Shown piece after piece: positions 11,430 through 21,406 of a stretch of DNA of 64,000 nt. Made by a program: the position numbers and the translations under genes. This stretch comes from Synechococcus sp. (GTDB taxonomy: Bacteria; Cyanobacteriota; Cyanobacteriia; PCC-6307; Cyanobiaceae). The stretch's first letter is position 1. The number at the start of each line of letters is the position of its first letter. The stretch covers positions 186,056-250,055 of the forward strand of contig JBJBBH010000005.1 of the NCBI GenBank assembly GCA_047286485.1. Reading direction: 5' to 3'. Under the pieces are notes generated by a model. That model saw nothing but the letters and a program-made list of their open reading frames with translations, was not told the origin of the DNA and did not search any database.

Positions 11430-12994
11430 TGATTGAGTTCCAGAGGTGTGCTGTTGCCACGGCCGCACTGCTCAAGCAGCTGATTCACCACCGGCGCCAA
11501 GCGTTGCGCTTCCTCCAGGTCGACCATGGCCAGTCGCGTGCGCCGGGCCAACACATCGGTGAGGCTGGTGGCTTTTTCCTGCTCGATGGCATGCCGCAGC
11601 TCACCTCTGCAGATGGGCATCACCTCGCTCAGTGGTTCTCGATCCTGCTTCGACCAGCTGCCGACCAACGCTGAAGCAAGAAGGCCATGACTGCCTTCGA
11701 GATGTTCGATCTGTTCCGCTTGTGCAGACGAGTCAGGCAGCAGTTCCTGGAGTGTCGATCGTTGTGCAAGCAGGCGCTTGGGGGTTTGCTGGGGGTCGGC
11801 GTCGGAGCCGATCAGGGGCAGTTCCCGCGCAGGAGGTAAGGGCTGCCCGAGTTGTCCGTAAACGGCGGTGAGCGTGTCGAGAGCCATCGGACGGCAGGTG
11901 GTCCATTTGCCTCCCATCACGCTCACCAGCCCGCTTGGCAGCGTCTCCACCTCGTGCTCGCGCACCACTCGGCTGCTGTTGACGCCGGCATCGGCAGGCT
12001 TGAGCAGGGGTCTCCCTCCAGCCCAGCAACTGCCGATGTCAATGCTGTTCAGGCTGGGGAACCATCGCTTCACGTACTCAAGGAGATAGTTCTGCTCCTG
12101 ATCGGATGGCACAGCTGCCTGCGGCTGGATGCAGGGCGTGTCGGTTGTTCCCACCAACGTGCGCCCGAAGAAGGGCAGCATGAACAGCACCCGTCCGTCA
12201 TCGGTGGAGGGCAGCAGCAGGCCGATCCGTTGCGGACAGAGACGCTGCTTCAGCACCACGTGGACCCCACGGCTGGTGAGCATGCGCTCCTGGCATTCGG
12301 GTTCGGCCATGCGCCTCAATGCATCGGCATGAATGCCGGTGGCATTGACCACCACACGGGCTTGCCAGCGCTCTCTCTGGCCATCCGCGCTTTCGCTGAT
12401 GGCACCGCAGACCTTGCCGTGGCTGTCTTTTTCCAGCTCCACGATGGGTGTCCGCGTGCGCACCACGGCCCCGTGTTGCTCGGCGCTGAGAGCCATCAGC
12501 AGGTTCAACCTGGCATCGTCAAACTGTCCATCGCTGTAGGCAACTCCTCCGCGAATATCGCCGCGTAGATCGGGTAGGGCCTCATGCAACAGCGCCCGAG
12601 ACAGCAGCCGGCTGCTGCCGATTCCTGAACGGCCTGAGAGGGCGTCATACATGCCCAGGCCGAGGCGGTAATACAGCTGGCCGATCAGCCCCCCGGCGGG
12701 CAAAGCCAGTTCGAGGCGATGGGCAAGAAACGGTGCCTGTTTCAGCCAATGACCGCGCTCCAGCAGCGCTTCTCTCACCAGCCGCAGCTGTGCGGCGTCG
12801 GCGGTCTTGAAGGCCAGTTCGAGATAACGGACACCGCCGTGCAAGAGCTTGGTGCTGCGCGAACTGGTGCCGCCCCCCAGGTCATGGCCTTCAAGCAGCG
12901 CCACTTTCAAGCCCCGGCGGACGGCTTCATAGGCCACAGAGGCTCCACTGGCGCCGCCGCCGATCACCAGAAGGTCGACGTGATGGTCACTCAT
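11426..12994 (-). CDS. glpD: FAD-dependent glycerol-3-phosphate dehydrogenase
   Basis: IGGGASG, GTSSRSTKL.HGG.RYL, SRGVH, VGTTD, GGKWTT.R. Confidence 0.93.
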   Translation of the reverse strand: MSDHHVDLLVIGGGASGASVAYEAVRRGLKVALLEGHDLGGGTSSRSTKLLHGGVRYLELAFKTADAAQLRLVREALLERGHWLKQAPFLAHRLELALPAGGLIGQLYYRLGLGMYDALSGRSGIGSSRLLSRALLHEALPDLRGDIRGGVAYSDGQFDDARLNLLMALSAEQHGAVVRTRTPIVELEKDSHGKVCGAISESADGQRERWQARVVVNATGIHADALRRMAEPECQERMLTSRGVHVVLKQRLCPQRIGLLLPSTDDGRVLFMLPFFGRTLVGTTDTPCIQPQAAVPSDQEQNYLLEYVKRWFPSLNSIDIGSCWAGGRPLLKPADAGVNSSRVVREHEVETLPSGLVSVMGGKWTTCRPMALDTLTAVYGQLGQPLPPARELPLIGSDADPQQTPKRLLAQRSTLQELLPDSSAQAEQIEHLEGSHGLLASALVGSWSKQDREPLSEVMPICRGELRHAIEQEKATSLTDVLARRTRLAMVDLEEAQRLAPVVNQLLEQCGRGNSTPLELNH

Positions 12995-14492
12995 GCCAGC
13001 GCAGGCTCCTTGAGATGGCGTCGTTCCATCGCTTCAGCCAGAACTGGCGTTGTTCGGTACTGAGCGAAGGCTCGAAGATGTCTGCTTGGTCCCCGCGGAA
13101 GGATTCCAGATCCTGCAGGCTGCCAATCACTCCGGCCTGAACGCCCGCCAACAAAGCAACGCCTCGGGCCGTGCTCTGCAGATAGGCCGGGCGTCGCACC
13201 CGCAGCCCGGTGCTGTTGGCCTGGGCTTGCAGCAGTGGATCCGAAGCGGCCGCACCACCATCGACGGCCAGCTCTCCGAGCCCCTGGCCGATGGACTGCT
13301 CCGCCAGCTGCACCAGCCCGGCCACTGAGAGCGCAATGCCCTCAAGGGCTGCACGGGCGATCTGGCCTCGACCGGTGTCGCGGGTCAGTCCGATGAGAAG
13401 GCCGCGCGCACCAGGATCCCAGTGGGGTGTTCCCCAGCCTGTGAAGGCGGGAACCAGCATGACGCCTCCTGAATCTTCGACGCTCAGTGCCAGCTGGTTG
13501 ACGTCCTCGGCTGTCTCGATGATTCCCAGCCCATCCCGCAGCCACTGCACCACCGTGCCGGCGTTGAACAGGCTGCCTTCCAGGCAGTAGGTGGGGGTCC
13601 CTTGGTCGTCGGTCCAGCCGAGAGTGCTCAGCAACCCAGCATCACTGCGTTGAATGCTGTCGCCGGTGTTCACCACCAGAAATGCACCTGTGCCATAGGT
13701 GCATTTGGCTTCGCCTGGTTGAAGGCACAACTGGCCGATTGTGGCGGCCTGCTGGTCACCGAGCAGGGCATGGATCGGCACTCCGGCGAAGGGGAGTCCT
13801 GATGCGATTGCTCCAAAGTCGCCGCGACAGGGCACCAGTTCAGGCAGTGCACTCATCGGCAGGCCTGTGCGTTCGCAGAACGCATCCACCCACTCACGTT
13901 GTTTCAGGTCCATCAGCAGGGTGCGACTGGCATTGCTCATGTCGGAGCAGTGCCGCTTTTGTCCGCTGAGGTGCCACAGCAGCCAGCTCTCCACCGTGCC
14001 GAAGCAGAGATCACCATGGGCGGCAGCGCTGGACGCGCTCGCTTCATGCCGCATCAGCCAGCGAATCTTGCTGGCGCTGAAGTAAGGATCGAGGAGCAGG
14101 CCGGTGCGAGCTCGCCATTCCTGCTCAAAGCCGTCCTCTTTCCACTGTTGACAGATCTCCGAGGTTCGGCCGTCCTGCCAGACCAAAGCAGGCCCGCAGG
14201 GTTGTCCATCACTGCGGCGCCAAAGGATCGTTGTTTCCCTCTGATTGGTGATTCCGCAGGTCAGAACCGCGTCTCTCTGTTCCTGGCTGATGCTCTGTTC
14301 CAGGCGCTCCATTGCCAGTCGCTGGCTTTCCCAGATCTCGATAGGTTTCTGTTCCACCCACCCGTCAGCTGGGTAGCTGATGGCCAGGGGAGCGCTGGCA
14401 CTGGCAACGGGGACTCCACGCGGGTCGAAAAGAGCGGCCCGGGAGCTGCTGGTGCCCTGATCCAATGCAAGAAGGAGGGGCGTTGCTGCCAT
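12987..14492 (-). CDS. glpK: Glycerol kinase
   Basis: LALDQGTSSSRA, GITNQRET, WQD.RT, LDPYFSASK, GDQQAA, KCTYGTG, VDGGA. Confidence 0.96.
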   Translation of the reverse strand: MAATPLLLALDQGTSSSRAALFDPRGVPVASASAPLAISYPADGWVEQKPIEIWESQRLAMERLEQSISQEQRDAVLTCGITNQRETTILWRRSDGQPCGPALVWQDGRTSEICQQWKEDGFEQEWRARTGLLLDPYFSASKIRWLMRHEASASSAAAHGDLCFGTVESWLLWHLSGQKRHCSDMSNASRTLLMDLKQREWVDAFCERTGLPMSALPELVPCRGDFGAIASGLPFAGVPIHALLGDQQAATIGQLCLQPGEAKCTYGTGAFLVVNTGDSIQRSDAGLLSTLGWTDDQGTPTYCLEGSLFNAGTVVQWLRDGLGIIETAEDVNQLALSVEDSGGVMLVPAFTGWGTPHWDPGARGLLIGLTRDTGRGQIARAALEGIALSVAGLVQLAEQSIGQGLGELAVDGGAAASDPLLQAQANSTGLRVRRPAYLQSTARGVALLAGVQAGVIGSLQDLESFRGDQADIFEPSLSTEQRQFWLKRWNDAISRSLRWHE

Positions 14493-14623
14493 GGCCGAGT
14501 CTTTTTTCAAGTGCTAGCGGCACTCATCGGCTGTCGCCACTGAGCGCGGATGGAACATCCCAGGAGAGCAATCCTTCCTTGATCGCCTCTGGAGTCAACA
14601 CCCGGTGCCGTGGTGTTGAGTGA

Positions 14624-14695
<72 letters not shown>

Positions 14696-14705
14696 GTGTG
14701 GTGGA

Positions 14706-14787
14706 TGGGCCGGGTTGGATTTGAACCAACGTAGGCAGAGCCAGCGGATTTACAGTCCGCCCCCATTAACCACTCGGGCACCGACCC
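14706..14787 (-). tRNA. tRNA-Tyr(GTA)
   Basis: Reverse complement GGGTCGGTGCCCGAGTGGTTAATGGGGGCGGACT-GTA-AATCCGC...GGTTCAAATCCAACCCGGCCCA; 82 nt with long variable arm. Confidence 0.97.
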
Positions 14788-14892
14788 GAACCACCCGAAG
14801 AACTTACCAGTCGGCCTGGCGATCCCTTCAGTGATCTGTGCCTCTCGTTGGTTCTCGATACGATCGGGAACACAAGGAATCTTCGTAGGGCC

Positions 14893-15336
14893 ATGCGCCT
14901 GCTGCTCCTGAACGGCCCCAACCTCAACCTGCTGGGGCAACGGGAACCTGGTCTCTATGGACATCAGACCCTCGAGCAGATTGAGCGTGATCTGAACCAG
15001 CGCGCAGTGACAGCAGGTGTCGAGCTGGACTGTTTTCAAAGCAACTTCGAGGGTGCGCTGGTGGAACGGGTCCATCAGGCCATGGGTCAGACGAACGGGA
15101 TTCTCGTGAATGCAGGTGCCTACACGCACACCTCGATTGCCCTGCGTGACGCTCTGTTGGGTGTGGCCATTCCTTATGTCGAGCTTCATCTCAGCAACAC
15201 CCATGCCCGTGAGCCCTTCCGTCATCACTCGTTTCTGGCTGATCGTGCGGTCGGTGTGGTGAGTGGCTTCGGGCCCTTCAGCTATGACCTGGCCTTCGAT
15301 GGTCTTCTGAATTACCTGCGCAAAGCTGCCGCATGA
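14893..15336 (+). CDS. aroQ: Type II 3-dehydroquinate dehydratase
   Basis: [52 protein letters not shown]. Confidence 0.97.
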   Translation: MRLLLLNGPNLNLLGQREPGLYGHQTLEQIERDLNQRAVTAGVELDCFQSNFEGALVERVHQAMGQTNGILVNAGAYTHTSIALRDALLGVAIPYVELHLSNTHAREPFRHHSFLADRAVGVVSGFGPFSYDLAFDGLLNYLRKAAA

Positions 15337-15959
15337 CCATCACCTCCTCGGTGACCAGTATTCGCTGGCTTGCGGCACCCACCAGTCGTCGCTGGGTGGA
15401 GCAGGCCATCGCCAGGCCGATGGAGGTTCTGATCGACCATGCCCATTGCGAGCGCAAAGCGGCTGGGGCGGCTGTGCAGCTGATGTTCCGTTATCTGTGC
15501 GAGCCCGGACTGGGCGAGGCACTCAGCCCTCTGGCGCGGGAAGAGCTGGAGCACTTTGAACGGGTGTTGAGGCTTCTGAAGGACCGTGGACGTTATCTCG
15601 AGCCCCTGCCCTCACCCGGTTACGGGGCATGGCTGGCCAAGCAGGTGCGCCGGGGAGAGCCTGAGCGCATGCTCGACTCCTTCCTGGTTGCTGGGTTGAT
15701 CGAGGCTCGTAGCCATGAGCGCATGGCCCTGCTTGCCGAGCACAGTCCGGATCCAGATCTGCGCTTGCTCTATGGCGACCTGTTGAAGAGTGAGGCCCGC
15801 CATTTCGGCTTGTACTGGGTGCTTTGTGCAGACCGTTACCCAAGGGATGTGATCGTGTCTCGGCTTCAAGAACTGGCCGCGGCTGAAGTGGATGCGTTGC
15901 GCGGCGACCTGTCTGCGCCGGAAGCCGTGCGCATGCATTCAGCGGGAGTGGATGCCTGA
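15333..15959 (+). CDS. miaE: tRNA-(ms2io6A) hydroxylase
   Basis: [36 protein letters not shown] di-iron motifs. Confidence 0.93.
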   Translation: MTITSSVTSIRWLAAPTSRRWVEQAIARPMEVLIDHAHCERKAAGAAVQLMFRYLCEPGLGEALSPLAREELEHFERVLRLLKDRGRYLEPLPSPGYGAWLAKQVRRGEPERMLDSFLVAGLIEARSHERMALLAEHSPDPDLRLLYGDLLKSEARHFGLYWVLCADRYPRDVIVSRLQELAAAEVDALRGDLSAPEAVRMHSAGVDA

Positions 15960-16040
15960 TCGAGACTCCGGCCAGCACGGGGCGCGTGAGGTTCGTAACC
16001 AGAGTCCAAAAGAAGTCTGAAGAGACGCGCCATGGATTTT

Positions 16041-16062
16041 GGGTCACTTCTAGAATTGACCC
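16041..16062. promoter_or_regulatory. Near-perfect 22-bp palindrome, candidate operator
   Basis: GGGTCA-C-TTCTAGAA-T-TGACCC, one mismatched pair, 12 bp before ATG 16075. Confidence 0.4.
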
Positions 16063-16074
16063 AGTCACTTTGCA

Positions 16075-16317
16075 ATGTCGATGCCTGACCCTGTGACCGC
16101 TGTTGCTGATTCGCTGCAGGCCTTGCGTAACGGCACCACGGATGAGCAGTGGGATGGACTCAAGTCCAACCCACTCGTGCGCGATTTGATTGGTCGTTGT
16201 GCCGACCTGGAGGCCGCGATGTTGTTCAACGAAGAGCCGCTGGCCGCTGAGCAGCCGACCTGCAGGACAGCCTCGTTGAAATCTGCTGTCGACGCACGGC
16301 TGCTGCTGGCGGCCTGA
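16075..16317 (+). CDS. Small hypothetical protein (80 aa)
   Basis: ORF fills the gap between miaE and mtnD, helical composition; no family recognised. Confidence 0.55.
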   Translation: MSMPDPVTAVADSLQALRNGTTDEQWDGLKSNPLVRDLIGRCADLEAAMLFNEEPLAAEQPTCRTASLKSAVDARLLLAA

Positions 16318-16321
16318 TGCC

Positions 16322-16867
16322 TTAAGCCGTGCTGAGGAGGGGATAGCGCTCGGCAATTGTGTCTCCGGTGAACTCAGCAACCCAGCCGTTGGGATTGTTG
16401 AAAAACCTCAGCGTGCAGAAGCAAGGCGTTTCGCCCATGTCAAACCAGTGAGGCGTTCCTGCCGGAATGCTGATCCAGTCATTGGTTTCACAGAGCACCT
16501 GCACCACTTCATTGCCGATGTGCAGGCAGAACAGGCCGCAGCCTTCCACGAAGAACCGCACTTCGTCCTCGGCATGCACGTGCTCCTTCAGAAACTTGTG
16601 GCGCAGGGCGACTCGATCGGGATGATCGGGAAGAACGCGGATGGCATCGACGCTCGGGTACTGCCCACGCGCCTGCGTTCGTTCGATTTCGCGTTTGTAG
16701 CTCTTCAGAATCTGTGCTGGTGAGGCGTTGCGGGCCGGTCGATGATCAGCGGGCCAGCGTTCAAAGCCGATGCCTCGTTGCTGCAACACAGCCTGAATTC
16801 GCCTGATCTCACGGGTTGTGAGCAGGACGCTGCTGGACTGGGCTGAGTAAAGAGTCAGTTCGCTCAT
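16322..16867 (-). CDS. mtnD: Acireductone dioxygenase (ARD, cupin)
   Basis: GIGFERW, F.KEHVHAEDEVRFFVEG.GLF.LH, ISIPAGTPHWFDMG; start moved to MSELTLY at 16867. Confidence 0.94.
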   Translation of the reverse strand: MSELTLYSAQSSSVLLTTREIRRIQAVLQQRGIGFERWPADHRPARNASPAQILKSYKREIERTQARGQYPSVDAIRVLPDHPDRVALRHKFLKEHVHAEDEVRFFVEGCGLFCLHIGNEVVQVLCETNDWISIPAGTPHWFDMGETPCFCTLRFFNNPNGWVAEFTGDTIAERYPLLSTA

Positions 16868-16928
16868 GTTCCAGAAGCAAGCCTGAAGCTGTGAACCAAG
16901 GCTTTTGGCACCCTCTTCAGCATGCTGG

Positions 16929-17726
16929 ATGGCTGGTTGGCTTGCGTTGCCGTTGTCCGTCACCTCCGAGGGTTCACCAGACCAGCTGGTGTTAGTGGGC
17001 GTAGGCCCCGGTGATCCTGAGCTGCTCACTGTGGCTGCAGTTCGAGCACTGGAGGCTGCGGATGTCGTTGCCCATCCCATTGCTCATGAAGGAGCTGAAG
17101 GGATGGCGCTTGCGATTGCTTCCCGCTGGATCCGGCCTGATCAGCGTTGTCTGCCGTTGTTGTTTCCCATGGTGGCTGAGCCTGAGCCACGGATCGCAGC
17201 CTGGAGGCAGGCTGCTGATGTGTTGGCTGCAGAGGTCAAGGCCGGTCACAGGGTGGTGCTGCTGTGTGAAGGGGATGTGTCTCTGTTCGCAACCGGGAGC
17301 TACGTGCAGCTCGCCTTGCGACGCCGTCACCCTGAGCTGCGGTTCGCCTTGATTCCAGGCATTCCTTCGGTGTGTGCAGCGGCAGCGACAGCGGCAGCGA
17401 TCGAGGGACCGTTCGACATCCCACTGGCGTTTCAGCAGGAGGGCCTCCTCATTCGCCCCTGTCCAGAGACCAAGGCTGAGTTGATCGTCTTGCTTCAGAG
17501 TGCCCGCAAGACCTCCACGGTGCTGGGTTTGATCAAGCTGGGGCAGCGTTGGTCCTGGGTGCGAGCAGCTCTTGAGCAGGAAAACCTGCTGGAGCAGGCC
17601 CTCTTCGCTCAACGGGTTGGCTGGCCTGATCAGTGGGTGGCACCAGCTCAGGCGGTGCCCGACGATGTGAAGCCCTACTTCTCGTTGCTGTTGATCCGTC
17701 AGCTCTGGCCTGAGGTGTTGCCTTGA
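16929..17726 (+). CDS. cobI: Precorrin-2 C20-methyltransferase
   Basis: GVGPGDPELLT.AA, L.FPM, LCEGD.SLFATGSY, IPGIPS, PYFSLLL. Confidence 0.85.
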   Translation: MAGWLALPLSVTSEGSPDQLVLVGVGPGDPELLTVAAVRALEAADVVAHPIAHEGAEGMALAIASRWIRPDQRCLPLLFPMVAEPEPRIAAWRQAADVLAAEVKAGHRVVLLCEGDVSLFATGSYVQLALRRRHPELRFALIPGIPSVCAAAATAAAIEGPFDIPLAFQQEGLLIRPCPETKAELIVLLQSARKTSTVLGLIKLGQRWSWVRAALEQENLLEQALFAQRVGWPDQWVAPAQAVPDDVKPYFSLLLIRQLWPEVLP

Positions 17727-18355
17727 TCGTGATCACCGCATTGCAACCGCTCACACCCCTGCAATGGCTTGCGCTGGTGCATCCGGTGCTCATCATCCTG
17801 TTTGTTTATCCGGTGATCGGTGCCACGATCCGCCTTGGGATCCTGGCCAGGGAGCGCCGTCTTGAGATCAATCCCATTGCCGCAACAGTGCCTGTTGAAC
17901 ACGTCGATCACGGTCGCTGGGCGACGGCAGGCCTGCTCGTGGCTGTGCTGTTCGCCCTGAGTCATGACCTGGCTGCCGCTGGGGCCGGATTCAGCAGCTG
18001 GGTGGTGACAATCGTTCAGGCATTAGGGGTTGTGCTGTCGTTTCTGGCCCTGCTGCGCACCCGCAGGCTCGCCTTGCGGCTGCTCTTCTCCTGGAGCTGT
18101 TGGCTGTTTCTGCTGCTGATCACAGTTCAGCCTCTGCTGGTGAGTGAGCGTGCACTGGCGGCCCCGGCGGTCTGGCAGTCCCACACCTGGGGCGGACTGT
18201 TGCTGCTCGCTTTGCTGCTGCTGACCATGGCGTGTCAGCGAGAGATCGCGGGGCGCTTATGGATGCGCCGTGTGCATGTGTCTCTCAATCTGTTTGTGGC
18301 CCTCTTGCTGGCGACACAGGCCATCACAGGAACCCGTGATCTCTGGCTTGGCTGA
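17723..18355 (+). CDS. DUF4079-like membrane protein
   Basis: HPVL.I.FVYPVIG...RL...R.RRL, H..HGRW, QSH.W.G, R.HV..N; paralog of 56543..57262. Confidence 0.75.
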   Translation: MIVITALQPLTPLQWLALVHPVLIILFVYPVIGATIRLGILARERRLEINPIAATVPVEHVDHGRWATAGLLVAVLFALSHDLAAAGAGFSSWVVTIVQALGVVLSFLALLRTRRLALRLLFSWSCWLFLLLITVQPLLVSERALAAPAVWQSHTWGGLLLLALLLLTMACQREIAGRLWMRRVHVSLNLFVALLLATQAITGTRDLWLG

Positions 18356-18358
18356 GTA

Positions 18359-20353
18359 TTAATGCGCTGGGCTCTGCGGCATCAGACAGCGATGGAACGG
18401 GCGTCGTGACGGCAGGAGGAACAGCCGGCAGGTCAGGGCGATGAAAGCTCGCCATTCAGGGGGTGCCTGACGTTCAGGCCAGCAATGAGGCCGGCAGAAC
18501 AACCAGAGAATCAGGCGTTGTCGAGTCTGATCGTTGAGGTCCTGCCAGCGAAGCGCCAGTCGGTTGCCGTGGATCCTCTCCAGCAGAACCGGTATTGGCG
18601 GCACGTCGTCTGTCCAGCGCAGTCGCCTGATGTTTGCTCCCGTTGTCATTGGCATGGCCAGTTCCAGTTCCACACCGCTTTCGCTGAGAGCCGTGAGTCG
18701 ACAGCGTTGCCACCGCTGTTGGCTGTCTTCCAGCTCTGCGGGCAAGCAAGCGGCTTGCCAGGGGGTGGGATCCACTGCGGCTGGATCCCAGCAGGCGCGC
18801 AATGCGATCCAGATGCTGAGCAGGTTGATCACGGCCCAGGTGAGTCCCAGCGGGCGGGAGTTGAGGAGCTCGCTGTTCAGCGGTTCCGTCATCGTCACCA
18901 GTCCAAACACGTTGATCAGGTTCAGCAGCAGCAGTCCCAGCAAGGGGATCACCAGCACGAGACTGAAGCTGCCCCGATTGCGTTTCTGGTGTTTCGGCGT
19001 GACTCGAAAACCACCGATATGTCCCATCAGATTGGCGCACACTGTCAGCGTCAGCGGCACCGTGAGCACCCAGCCGGTGAGTTCGCTCAGCAAGGATGCG
19101 CGCGAGCCGCGGTTGATCCAGCCGATGCTGAGAAGAAGAGTGGCCCAGAGCGGCACCAGCATGCTGAGGGCTTCGCTGCTGGTGATCAGGATGGGCAACG
19201 TGCCGAGCAGGCCGTAGCTGAGCGGCATCAGCATCAACACCAGCCGGGGCATGTTGTTGAACCAGTGCACAACGCCTTCGAGGTAAGCCATCCGCTCTCC
19301 AAAGCTGAGGCCGCCGGGGCCCAGTGGCCCGTCAGGCAGTCGCAGGCTTTGCAGCGTTCCATTCGCCCAGCGCTGGCGCTGACGCACAAAGTCAGCCATG
19401 GTTTCAGCGGCCAGGCCTGCACTGAGCTTCTGTTGGAGATAAAGCAGTTTCCAGCCCCTGTGCCGCAGCCGAAGCCCCGTCACAAAATCCTCAGAGATCG
19501 CCTGTTCCCTAAACCCTCCGACCGAATCAATGGCGCTGCGTCGAGCCAGAAAAGCAGTGCCCGCGCAAACCACAGCGCCCCAGCTGTCGCGGACGGGTTC
19601 GATCCAGCGATAGAAGCTCTCCTCGTCGGGAAGTAACCAACGTTCCATGCCCAGATTCCGCATCACCGGATCGGCATTGATGAATGTTTGCGGGGTCTGA
19701 AGCAAACCCACCGACGGGTCCTGGAGAAAGCCGATGCAGTTTTCGAGAAAGTCCCTCTGCGGAATGAAGTCAGCGTCGAACACTGCCACCAGCTCACCGC
19801 TGCAGTGGCGCAGGCCGTCATTGAGATTGCCGGCTTTGGCATGGGTGCGGGCCGGACGATGGCGGTAATGGCATCCGAGTCTGAGAGCCAGCTCTTTCAC
19901 GTCGTCTCGGCCGCTGTCATCCAGCACCCACACGCCATGGTTGCGGTAGTTCTGGTGAGTACAGGCCACCAGGCTGCGCTCCAGCACCTCAAGGGGTTCG
20001 CCGTAGGTCGGCACGAGAATGTCGACCATCGGCCGCCAGTCGCTGGCTTGCCATTGTTTGTTCAGCTGGTCCATCGTGCTGCGACGGTCGGGGAAGCGGC
20101 GCCAGGCCAGCCATAACGGCAACAGGCCCGACAGCAAAAGCCAGGCTTCGGCTGTGAGCAACAAAAGGCTCAGCCCCGTGCTCAGGCTCGTGCTCAGGTT
20201 GAGGCTGCTGGTGATTCGCCAGTGCAGATACCTGGCCGTCAGCAGGCTGATCAGCAGAATCAGACTGCGGCGCTTCCAGATGGGGCTTTGCTGCTCAGGG
20301 TGTCTCTTCAACCAAAGGGGCCAGAACAGCACCAAGAGCGGCAGCCAGTTCAA
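18359..20353 (-). CDS. bcsA: Cellulose-synthase-like GT2 glycosyltransferase with degenerate PilZ-like tail
   Basis: VDILVPTYGEP, LDD, HAKAGNLN, FDADF, QTPQ.F, CAGT, SEDF.TG, QRQRWA.G. Confidence 0.85.
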   Translation of the reverse strand: MNWLPLLVLFWPLWLKRHPEQQSPIWKRRSLILLISLLTARYLHWRITSSLNLSTSLSTGLSLLLLTAEAWLLLSGLLPLWLAWRRFPDRRSTMDQLNKQWQASDWRPMVDILVPTYGEPLEVLERSLVACTHQNYRNHGVWVLDDSGRDDVKELALRLGCHYRHRPARTHAKAGNLNDGLRHCSGELVAVFDADFIPQRDFLENCIGFLQDPSVGLLQTPQTFINADPVMRNLGMERWLLPDEESFYRWIEPVRDSWGAVVCAGTAFLARRSAIDSVGGFREQAISEDFVTGLRLRHRGWKLLYLQQKLSAGLAAETMADFVRQRQRWANGTLQSLRLPDGPLGPGGLSFGERMAYLEGVVHWFNNMPRLVLMLMPLSYGLLGTLPILITSSEALSMLVPLWATLLLSIGWINRGSRASLLSELTGWVLTVPLTLTVCANLMGHIGGFRVTPKHQKRNRGSFSLVLVIPLLGLLLLNLINVFGLVTMTEPLNSELLNSRPLGLTWAVINLLSIWIALRACWDPAAVDPTPWQAACLPAELEDSQQRWQRCRLTALSESGVELELAMPMTTGANIRRLRWTDDVPPIPVLLERIHGNRLALRWQDLNDQTRQRLILWLFCRPHCWPERQAPPEWRAFIALTCRLFLLPSRRPFHRCLMPQSPAH

Positions 20354-21354
20354 GCCAGCTGCTCCTGCTGTTCTTGGAGCAGTGTCAGCGCCTGGTCAGG
20401 GGTGGGTACACGCATCAGTTTCTGGCGGAACTGGGACGCTCCAGTGAATCCTGTGCAAGTCCAGCTCATGTGTTTCCGCGCGATCAGCAGACCGTGGTCT
20501 CCGCGCGACTCAACCAGTGCCTGCAGTTGTTCTGAGGCCAGCATCAGGCGTTCCCGCGGGCCTGGGGTCAGGGGAATGGCACGACCGCTCAGCGCCGCGT
20601 CGATCTGCCCCACCAGCCAGGGAGCACCCATGGTTCCTCTCCCCACCATCACACCATCGGCGCCGGTTTTCTCAAGACAGCGCCTCGCGGCCTCAGGGCT
20701 GTTGACATCGCCGTTGGCGATCACCGGAATGCTCAGGGCCTGCTTGACAGCGGCAATGGCTTCCCAGTCTGCGGATCCACTGAAGCGTTGTTCCCGCGTG
20801 CGGCCATGCAGGGTCAGCAACGTGGCACCGGCGCTCTCCAGCTGCCTGCACCAGGCCACCGCTGCGTCACGGGACCCTTCAATCTGCGGTTGATTGCACC
20901 ATCCCAGGCGTGTCTTCACCGTGACAGGCACGCGTACCGCCGATGCCACGGTTTCCACGATCCTGCAGGCCAGGTCAGGATCGCGGATCAGGCCGCTGCC
21001 TCCCCCTTTGCGGGCGATTTTTCGGACGGGGCACCCCATGTTGATATCGATCAGAAAGGCACCTGCTGCCTCGGCTCGTCTGGCTGCATCAGCCATCGCC
21101 TCGGGCCTGTGATCGAACAGCTGGACGCCGATCGGCCCGGTCTCCTCACTCAGCTCCTCGACTTTGCCCCTGCCGTGGCCAAGTTCAAGGCTGGTGGCGT
21201 TCACCATTTCGGTGAACAGCAGAGCATCCGGTGCCCAGCGTCTCACCAGAGCTCGAAAAATTTTGTCGCTGACTCCTGCAAGCGGAGACTGCAGCACTTT
21301 GCAGCGCAAAATGCGCTCCACGCCTCGTCCGCTCAGCCGCAGATCCCTGACCAT
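20350..21354 (-). CDS. dusB: tRNA-dihydrouridine synthase
   Basis: QSPLAGVSD..FR, TEMV, IDINMGCP..K, TVKTRLGW, LHGRTR, ANGDV, VMVGRG. Confidence 0.93.
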   Translation of the reverse strand: MVRDLRLSGRGVERILRCKVLQSPLAGVSDKIFRALVRRWAPDALLFTEMVNATSLELGHGRGKVEELSEETGPIGVQLFDHRPEAMADAARRAEAAGAFLIDINMGCPVRKIARKGGGSGLIRDPDLACRIVETVASAVRVPVTVKTRLGWCNQPQIEGSRDAAVAWCRQLESAGATLLTLHGRTREQRFSGSADWEAIAAVKQALSIPVIANGDVNSPEAARRCLEKTGADGVMVGRGTMGAPWLVGQIDAALSGRAIPLTPGPRERLMLASEQLQALVESRGDHGLLIARKHMSWTCTGFTGASQFRQKLMRVPTPDQALTLLQEQQEQLA

Positions 21355-21406
21355 TGGCGCTTGATTGAGTTCATCCATCCTCATCACCTGCTGGTCTCAA
21401 GCCGTA

